64,000 nt of DNA, taken from NCBI GenBank assembly GCA_965207225.1, contig CBDBLV010000005.1, positions 256,001-320,000 on the forward strand. Reading direction: 5' to 3'. This DNA comes from Dehalococcoidia bacterium (GTDB taxonomy: Bacteria; Chloroflexota; Dehalococcoidia; Plut-88900). A program made the translations under genes and the position numbers. This document shows, one piece after another, positions 56,908 to 64,000 of the stretch; the first letter of the stretch is position 1, and each line of letters starts with the position of its first letter. The notes under the pieces are model-generated. The model was not told where the DNA came from and made no database searches. It was given only the letters and a program-made list of their open reading frames with translations.

Positions 56908-58005
56908 ATGACTCGACGGTATAATCATACTAACGGTACTCCGATGAATTCACTACACGAATTATTCGAATCGACTTTAGAGGAAATGCTGTCAGCAAAT
57001 GACGCATTCCTTGATCCAACTGATCTACAGGTTGCGGTTACCGAAATGATTCCCGAGTTAGCAGAAGAGACTGCTGATGCGATGTTGGGAAGGATCAAAA
57101 AGAGCTACAAGGCGACATTGAAGGCCAACCGACGGGAACAAGCGAGGTTCGAGAATAGGCATATCGCGCTTTGGAAAGAACCTCTTGACCTATTGGAGCT
57201 CTTCATTGCGGTCTCTAGAGAAGCCGGTGAAGATTGCAACCGCAGGCTCCGAAATAGCAACCCTATCAATAGCGGAGCTACGGTAGAAGCTCTCACCAGA
57301 CTTCATGCAAAAGCTTGCCAGACATCCTCTGCAATACTCATTCTTCTGCGATTTGGATATGCGGACGATGCTAACGCCAGATGGCGTTCATTACATGAGA
57401 TTGCCGTTGTCGGGCACTTCCTAAGGCAGGGTGGCGAGGAATTAGCTCAACGTTATCTGCTGCACGATGCAATTCAAAGATACAGAATCGCGTGCGCTCT
57501 GCGCGACTATGCAGACCGGACAAATGAAGTGCCGCTGCCCGAATCGGATTTCGAAGGGCTAAAGGCGGAACACGACGAACTGATAGCCCGTTTTGGTAAG
57601 CAATTTGGAAAGGATTACGGCTGGGCTGAATCCGTTTTGAAGAAAAAAGATCCTAAGTTGTCGGACATCGAATTATTCGTCAAGTCAGACCATTGGCGTC
57701 CCTACTACAGATTGGCGAGTGGCAATGTTCATCCTAATGCACACGGCATCTATTTTCGGCTTGGGCTTAGGAAAGAGTCTGACAACATTCTGCTAGTAGG
57801 GCCAAGCAATTTCGGTTTGGCGGATCCCGGGCACTCCACTGCGGTCTCACTCCTGAACATAACTATCGCCTTGCTCATGGTGGACCCAACCCTCGATGAT
57901 TTTGTCCACTCATCAATTGTCGAACGTCTGGCCGATGAGGTCGGCGAATCGTTTCTTCAAGTCCATCGTAAGATTGAACTACATCCAGATCCCGCGAACG
58001 CTTAG
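56908..58005 (+). CDS. DUF5677-like protein on a lower-GC insert
   Basis: WRSLHE (RxxxE), YGWA, YYRLASGNVH; AT-richer than neighbours. Confidence 0.7.
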   Translation: MTRRYNHTNGTPMNSLHELFESTLEEMLSANDAFLDPTDLQVAVTEMIPELAEETADAMLGRIKKSYKATLKANRREQARFENRHIALWKEPLDLLELFIAVSREAGEDCNRRLRNSNPINSGATVEALTRLHAKACQTSSAILILLRFGYADDANARWRSLHEIAVVGHFLRQGGEELAQRYLLHDAIQRYRIACALRDYADRTNEVPLPESDFEGLKAEHDELIARFGKQFGKDYGWAESVLKKKDPKLSDIELFVKSDHWRPYYRLASGNVHPNAHGIYFRLGLRKESDNILLVGPSNFGLADPGHSTAVSLLNITIALLMVDPTLDDFVHSSIVERLADEVGESFLQVHRKIELHPDPANA

Positions 58006-58179
58006 TAGGCTATGCAGCTACTAGCATATTGCTCTTTCATGCCGCCCCCCTCCCCCCCCCGACCTCAATATCTCAACCCCACGACCAAACCAGAGCCACC
58101 CCCCTTGCCCCCGGGTATATGCTATCAGCGACCGGATCCAATGGTCCTTCTCAAGACACAACCTGAAGGAGGTCTGAAC

Positions 58180-58860
58180 ATGGGCACAATTGCCGTCAAT
58201 CGGTTGGCGGGCCTGTCCCTCATATTTGGTCCGTTAATCGCTTTCGTATTCTTCCTGGTGGAACCGGGTGGACTGATCATCGACAGCGCCGACGTCTCGG
58301 ACGCTGCCGGCACCATAGACGCCAAGAGTGGCAACGCCGTACTGACCAACATAACCAACATGGGGATAATCCTTGGCATCGCCCTGATCCTGTCGGGGCT
58401 CTATGCGCTGATGAGGAACGTCACCTTGAAGGGCAACGGCAAGGGGTTGGTCCAGATGGGCTTCTTCATCCTCCTAGTCGGGCTGACCGGGTGGATCCTG
58501 TCCGCCGGTGTGGACTTCATCCTCGCCGACGCCCAGACCGCTGCCCAGGTTACGGAAGGCATCCCCGTCTTGAACGTCGGCTTTGCCATCTTCTACGCCG
58601 GTGGAATCGCCGTGGGCTTTGGCGGTTTCATCTTCGCCTTGGGCCTCTCCACGAGAGACGATTTCAACCGGATAATCTCCCTCCTGGCTTCCCTCGTTAG
58701 CCTGGCGGTAATGGTCTTCTTCATGATTGCCATACTCAGCAACGACGCCCATGACACCTTCATCACCTTGGCTCGGAGCTTCTACGTGCTGCTCGTAATC
58801 TGGTATGGCTATCTTGGCCTCGGCCTCACCAAACGACCCGACCCCGACCTCTGGCAATAG
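58180..58860 (+). CDS. hypothetical multi-pass membrane protein
   Basis: AGGAGG RBS; about six hydrophobic helices. Confidence 0.75.
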   Translation: MGTIAVNRLAGLSLIFGPLIAFVFFLVEPGGLIIDSADVSDAAGTIDAKSGNAVLTNITNMGIILGIALILSGLYALMRNVTLKGNGKGLVQMGFFILLVGLTGWILSAGVDFILADAQTAAQVTEGIPVLNVGFAIFYAGGIAVGFGGFIFALGLSTRDDFNRIISLLASLVSLAVMVFFMIAILSNDAHDTFITLARSFYVLLVIWYGYLGLGLTKRPDPDLWQ

Positions 58861-58889
58861 TCATAGTAGAGAGGGCAGCCCCCTCCCCC

Positions 58890-59152
58890 CAGTGCTGAAC
58901 TAGAGGCCCACGTGGGTGCAGCGCACCCACGTGGGCCTCTGCTCTTCTCTCCCCCTCTCCCTTAATGGGACCCTTATACAACCCTCTCCAAGGTGTCGGG
59001 GGGAGGTGTCCAATCCCCTCTCCCATCGAGGGAGAGGGGGAGGGTGATTCGAATGCCAAGAGACCAGTCATGCAAAGCCCTCTTAGTGGCCCTGAGAGCC
59101 TGCCCCGAGTCCCTCGAGGGGGAGAGGGGGATAAAGGGGGTGAGGGTTCCCC
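58890..59152 (+). repeat. family C element with a nested insertion that contains a family B hairpin
   Basis: Leader plus hairpin 58902-58940; the two arms of the second hairpin are separated by ~120 bp. Confidence 0.75.
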
Positions 59153-59894
59153 TGGGGGGTTGGGGGGTATTCCCCCCAAAACCCGTGCCAAAAGCCCTTG
59201 ACTTCTATTACACCCGTGCTAAACTGTTTCGCAGTTCGAACTAATATTCAGTGATCTAAGGAGGAACCAAGAACCCAGGGAAGCCCCGAGACCCGCCCCC
59301 GAGGACTCAACGCCCTAGCCCATCCCAATACCTCTCCCCTCTCTTGTAGGGGCGACCGGCCAATCGCCCCCTCGCGAGACGGGCAGGTTGCGGCACAAGC
59401 GAAAAGCGCCATCTCCTCACCCCACCGGGTCCCGTGCCCCTTCCCTGGTTTCCAGGCGATGGAGGGTCCATCGACTCTATGCGGCATCAGGCCTCTCTAT
59501 AACGACGCCCCTTACCCGGGCGTATACGCCTCGCCGACTTTACCCTCGTCGAGGAATTCCGCGAGTCTTCTGACTCGTTATGCAGGGCTTTAGCGCCCTT
59601 ATGCGGCTCCATCCGCCCACGGCGGCTTCGAGTCGAATGCTGTCCCGCTCAGCGGTCGAGCGCTGATACGGAGAACAGAAGTCCCCGCGCAGAGACGCCC
59701 TCGACAACGGCAAGTCTCCCAAGGCATGCGTGAAGGGAAAGGCAGGACAGCCGCCGATGCCACAAGCGTCGGCGTAGGTGCCAAAGAGATCCTGCGTGAG
59801 AGTCCCGGACCTTCCATCGCCGACCCAAAACTCAACAGCCAGAATGCAAACCCAGACCCCACAACCGAACACCCCCATCTCCTCCCTTCCCCCC

Positions 59895-60033
59895 CAGTAC
59901 CAAACTAGAGGCAAGCGCCTGCGCCATGGTGCAGGCGCTTGCCTCTGTTTTTTCTTCCCCCTCTTCCTTAAGGGCCCTAAGAGCCTGCCCCGAGTCCCTC
60001 GAGGGGGAGAGGGGGATCAAGGGGGTGAGGGTT
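59895..60033 (+). repeat. family C element
   Basis: CAGTACCAAACTAGAG plus hairpin 59907-59946 plus the conserved tail. Confidence 0.85.
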
Positions 60034-60196
60034 CTTCTGTGGGGCGAGGGGTATCCCCTCCCCGGTTTGGAATGCGGGGTGATGGTTCCCTCCCCGTCCC
60101 TTAAACAATCAAAGTCGTGCCTGAAAACGCAAAACAATCAAACACCGGCTCCTCCCCCTCGCCCCCCGCGCCACGCGAAATCCCCGGAAATCCCTC

Positions 60197-60248
60197 TAGG
60201 CGTCGTTCAATCAAAACAGCTGCGAGTTCAATCAACCTTCAATCAATC
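60197..60248 (+). repeat. short copy of the phased TTCAATC element upstream of glnS
   Basis: TAGGCGTCGTTCAATCAAAACAGCTGCGAGTTCAATCAACCTTCAATCAA aligns with 42308-42357. Confidence 0.75.
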
Positions 60249-60294
60249 CCCCACCCGACTATAATGTGTCGGCATCAAATCGCCCGACACCACC

Positions 60295-61980
60295 ATGACT
60301 GACACCAAACCCTCCCTCGACTTCGTACGCTCCGCCGTAGAGGCCGACAACGCCTCCGGCCGCTTCGGCGGCCAGGTAATCACCCGTTTCCCCCCCGAGC
60401 CCAATGGCTACCTCCACATTGGCCACGCCAAATCAATGTGCCTCAACTTCGGCCTCGCCCAGGAATACGGAGGCCGCTGCCACATGCGCTTCGACGACAC
60501 CAACCCCGCCAAGGAGGAAGAGGAGTTCGTCGACGGCATCCTCGAAGACGTCCGATGGCTCGGCTGGGAATGGGGCGAGCACCTCTACTTCGCGTCAGAC
60601 CACTTCGACAAGCTCTACGATTTTGCCATTGACCTCATTCAAAAGGGCAAAGCCTACGTCGACGACCTCGACCAGGAGCAGATCCGCCAGTATCGCGGCA
60701 CCCTAACCGAGCCCGGCGTCGAAAGCCCTTACCGCAACCGCTCCATCGAAGAAAACCTTGCCCTCTTCCAGGCCATGAAGAACGGTGAGGTCGACGAAGG
60801 CCAGCAGGTCCTCCGCGCCCGCATCGACATGTCCTCCGGCAACATCAACATGCGGGACCCGGTCCTCTACCGCGTCCTCAAGACCCCACACCACCGCACC
60901 GGAGACAAGTGGGTCGTCTACCCCATGTACGACTTCGCCCACGGCCAGTCCGACTCCATTGAGGGCGTCACCCACTCCATCTGTACCATGGAGTACGAAG
61001 ACCACCGACCCCTCTACGACTGGATCCTCGACGCCCTGGACGTCTACCACCCCCAGCAGATAGAGTTCGCCCGGCTCAGCCTGAGCCACACTGTGATGAG
61101 CAAGCGCAAGCTCGCCCAGCTGGTTAACGAGGGCCACGTCCTCGGCTGGGACGACCCCCGCATGCCAACACTCGCCGGCCTCCGGCGCCGCGGCTACACC
61201 CCAGAGTCCATCCGAAAGTTCTGCGATCTGGTCGGCGTCGCCAAGCGGCAGAACGTCATCGAAATCTCCCTCCTGGAACACGCCATCCGTGACCACCTGA
61301 ACGCCACCTCATATCGGGTGCTGGGTGTCCTTAAACCCCTCAAGGCAGTCATCGAAAACTACCCGGAGGACCAGGTCGAGCATCTCGACGCCGTCAACAA
61401 CCCCGAAGACCCGGGCGCCGGGGTCCGGCAGCTACCCTTCTCCCGTGAACTCTACATCGAACGCGATGATTTCATGGAAGACCCGCCCCGTAAATTCTTC
61501 CGACTCGCCCCCGGTCGCGAGGTCCGCCTTCGCTACGGATATTTCATCACTTGCAAAAAGGTGATAAAGAACGACGCTGGCGAAATCATAGAGCTGCGTT
61601 GCACCTACGATCCCGCCACCCGGGGCGGCCAGTCCCCCGACGGGCGCAAGGTGAAGAGCACAATCCACTGGGTCTCGGCGGCCCACGCCGTCAACGCCGA
61701 AGTCCGACTCTACGAGCACCTCTTCACCTCCGAACGCCCCGAAGAAGAGCCCGACTTCCTCTCCACCCTCAACCCCGATTCTCTCCACGTCATCACCAAC
61801 GCCAGGCTTGAACCTTCCCTCGCCGACGCCAAACCCGGCGACCGTTTCCAGTTCGAGCGCCTAGGCTACTTCGCCGCAGACCCCGACTCATTACCAGGCG
61901 CCCCGGTCTTTAACCGCACCGTCACCCTGCGCGACACCTGGGCCAAGATCAAGTCGGGGGGCAAACCTCGGAGGTCCTAG
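60295..61980 (+). CDS. glnS: glutamine--tRNA ligase
   Basis: [57 protein letters not shown]. Confidence 0.97.
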   Translation: MTDTKPSLDFVRSAVEADNASGRFGGQVITRFPPEPNGYLHIGHAKSMCLNFGLAQEYGGRCHMRFDDTNPAKEEEEFVDGILEDVRWLGWEWGEHLYFASDHFDKLYDFAIDLIQKGKAYVDDLDQEQIRQYRGTLTEPGVESPYRNRSIEENLALFQAMKNGEVDEGQQVLRARIDMSSGNINMRDPVLYRVLKTPHHRTGDKWVVYPMYDFAHGQSDSIEGVTHSICTMEYEDHRPLYDWILDALDVYHPQQIEFARLSLSHTVMSKRKLAQLVNEGHVLGWDDPRMPTLAGLRRRGYTPESIRKFCDLVGVAKRQNVIEISLLEHAIRDHLNATSYRVLGVLKPLKAVIENYPEDQVEHLDAVNNPEDPGAGVRQLPFSRELYIERDDFMEDPPRKFFRLAPGREVRLRYGYFITCKKVIKNDAGEIIELRCTYDPATRGGQSPDGRKVKSTIHWVSAAHAVNAEVRLYEHLFTSERPEEEPDFLSTLNPDSLHVITNARLEPSLADAKPGDRFQFERLGYFAADPDSLPGAPVFNRTVTLRDTWAKIKSGGKPRRS

Positions 61981-62098
61981 CGCATCCTTCCTGGGGGGCG
62001 CTCACCCTGAGCGGAAGAGTTTATCCTGAGCGAAGTCGAAGGGAAGGGTCGAGCGGGAGTGGTCCGCGTAACGCCTTTTCGCCAAGTGGGCTTGGCCC

Positions 62099-62992
62099 CT
62101 ACCCGCCCTTCTCCTCTATCAACCGCAGCCTCCCCAGCAGCGACACCGCCCGGTCGTACACCGGCTTGTCTACCATCACTCCGCCCATGTTCACAGCCCC
62201 CAGCCCCTGCCTCGTCCCCTCCTCGTATGCCTCCACCACGTTGCGGGCGTTCTCGATCTCCGGCTCCGAGGGACGATATATCCGGTTCACCGCCGCCACC
62301 TGCGATGGGTGAATGCAGTATCGGCCCTTGAATCCTATCGACTTCCCGTGCAGCGTGTCTGCCTCGAAGCCCTCCGTGTCCCGGAAGTCGGCAAACACCG
62401 TGTCCAGGGGCATGACGCCCGCAGCAGTGCAGGCCGTCGCTACCAGGTTCCTAGCGTACTCAAGCTCCCGACCCTCCCGCGTCCTCTCCATCCCCATGTC
62501 GGATGTCAGGTCTTCCCCCCCGACCGAGGCCGCCATCACCCGCTCCGAGGCCGTGCACAATGCATGCGCATTGATCAGCCCCTGCGCCGTCTCGATCCAC
62601 GGAAATATCTGCACCTGCCCGACGGGTATTCCCCGGATCTTTTCGAGGATTGTCAGGTAGTGGTCGACCCGCTTGATGATCTCCGGGTCGTCCGCCTTGG
62701 GTAGACCAATGGCTTGCAGGTCGGGGATGACAACCGCGTCCAGGTCTTCTTCGATGAACCCAGACTGCAGGGAGTTCACCCGCACGGCCATCAGGTAGCC
62801 CGTGCGCCTCATCCGGGGCATTGCGTCCCGGGCCATCTCCCGGCCCTTCGGCTTCTCAGCCAGCGCTACCGAGTCTTCCAGGTCCAGGCAGACCATGTCG
62901 GCGCCCGCGTCCGGGGCCTTTTCGATGAACCGCTCCCTGATTGCGGGCACGAACAGGGCGCTGCGGACCAGCAGGGTGTCGGACTTAGGCAT
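62099..62992 (-). CDS. CitE/HpcH-family CoA-ester lyase (citryl/malyl-CoA lyase-like)
   Basis: RSALFVP, LDLEDSV, VRVN, IET..G, GGEDL, CIHPSQ, MVDKP. Confidence 0.92.
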   Translation of the reverse strand: MPKSDTLLVRSALFVPAIRERFIEKAPDAGADMVCLDLEDSVALAEKPKGREMARDAMPRMRRTGYLMAVRVNSLQSGFIEEDLDAVVIPDLQAIGLPKADDPEIIKRVDHYLTILEKIRGIPVGQVQIFPWIETAQGLINAHALCTASERVMAASVGGEDLTSDMGMERTREGRELEYARNLVATACTAAGVMPLDTVFADFRDTEGFEADTLHGKSIGFKGRYCIHPSQVAAVNRIYRPSEPEIENARNVVEAYEEGTRQGLGAVNMGGVMVDKPVYDRAVSLLGRLRLIEEKGG

Positions 62993-64000
62993 TGTCGGGG
63001 ATGAGGACCATCTTACCCATGACGTCGCCATCCTCGATGGTCTTTTGGGCGACGGCGGCGTCCTTCAGGGGCACGGCCTGGCTCGGCAGGGGCTTGATCT
63101 CGCCGCTCTCCACGAACTTCATCGCCTGCAGAAACTCGCCCTTGGACCCCATGTGGGATCCGTAGAAGTTCATCTGCTTCATCCACAGGTGGCGGATGTC
63201 GGTCGGGCCCATGAACCCGCTGGTTGCGCCACAGGTCACCAGGCTGCCTCCCCGCTTCAACGACAACACGCTGTCCTTCCAGGTCTCCTCCCCAGTGTGC
63301 TCGAAGACTATGTCTGCCATCCGCCTGTTGGTGATGGTCCGCACCTCGTCCCGGATCTTCTGGGTCTTCCGGTTGATGGTCGCATAAGCCCCGAGACCCT
63401 TCGCATACTCAGCCTTCTCGTCAGACCCGACCACCGCAATCCCCTTCGCACCATACAGGTTGCAGACCTGTATCGCCATGGACCCGAGACCTCCCGCCCC
63501 ACCCCAGATCAGCACGAAGTCGCCGGTCTGGATCCGGCACCGGCTCACCAGCATGCGCCACACCGTCATCAGGATCAGGGGCAGGGTCGCCGCCTCCTGG
63601 TAGGAGATGTTGGCGGGTTTGGGAATCAGGTTCGTCTGGTCCAGCTTGGCGTACTCTGCATCTGCGCCGTCCAGGGGCCCGGTTTGAAATCCCCAGATCC
63701 TGTAATACCGGCAGAAGAACTCCTGCCCGCTGGTGCACATCTCGCAGGTGCGGCAGCTAATGCCCGGGTGCACCATCACGTCGTCACCGGGCTTCAGGCC
63801 CTTCACCTCGCTCCCGACCTCCTCCACCACCCCGGAGGCGTCGGAACCCGACACGTGCGGAAGGATGATCTCCATGCCAGGCAGGCCCCGTCGGGCCCAG
63901 ATGTCGTTGTAGTTGCAGCCCGCCGCCTTGACCTTGAAGATCACGTCATTCGGCCCGACCTTCGGGTCCGGGATGTCCTTGTACTGGAGAACATCCACCT
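62985..64000 (-). CDS. zinc-binding medium-chain dehydrogenase/reductase (5' end outside the window)
   Basis: NYNDIW, GSDASG, CRTCEMC..C structural zinc site, WGGAGGLG, CGATSG. Confidence 0.92.
   Translation of the reverse strand, partial: VDVLQYKDIPDPKVGPNDVIFKVKAAGCNYNDIWARRGLPGMEIILPHVSGSDASGVVEEVGSEVKGLKPGDDVMVHPGISCRTCEMCTSGQEFFCRYYRIWGFQTGPLDGADAEYAKLDQTNLIPKPANISYQEAATLPLILMTVWRMLVSRCRIQTGDFVLIWGGAGGLGSMAIQVCNLYGAKGIAVVGSDEKAEYAKGLGAYATINRKTQKIRDEVRTITNRRMADIVFEHTGEETWKDSVLSLKRGGSLVTCGATSGFMGPTDIRHLWMKQMNFYGSHMGSKGEFLQAMKFVESGEIKPLPSQAVPLKDAAVAQKTIEDGDVMGKMVLIPDNA

Overview
This is a GC-rich bacterial chromosomal window. Its gene content suggests Chloroflexota, SAR202/Dehalococcoidia-like (inferred, not searched): six acyl-CoA dehydrogenase paralogs, three luciferase-like monooxygenases, a crotonase, guaB3, glnS and a single-component RND pump. 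I found no rRNA, tRNA, CRISPR array or transposase. The layout is: an ACAD paralog cluster with toxin-antitoxin and nuclease cassettes between the genes (1-10.4 kb); a Cro-like HTH fused to inositol-phosphate synthase; a mobA/AOR/NuoE-like/NuoF-like/FdhA operon; an RND pump with a two-component system; catabolic genes; two lower-GC inserts (Zn-ribbon + Ser/Thr kinase; DUF5677-like); and glnS. Intergenic DNA is a mosaic of several REP-like palindrome families. The strongest leads are: (1) a promoter, a ~60-nt two-hairpin RNA ending in a terminator, and an NYN RNase with an apparent ATC start, resembling an RNA-antitoxin system; (2) an AOR-family protein lacking all four [4Fe-4S] cysteines inside an FDH operon; (3) an HTH-Ino1 fusion with a palindromic operator in its own leaderless promoter; (4) a dispersed element with a constant leader and a variable but perfectly paired hairpin; (5) a TTCAATC array phased at about 10.5 bp; (6) an unannotated UxxC selenoprotein; (7) a 3x136-bp array at the 5' end of a DUF559 nuclease. 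All family assignments come from motif recognition by eye.
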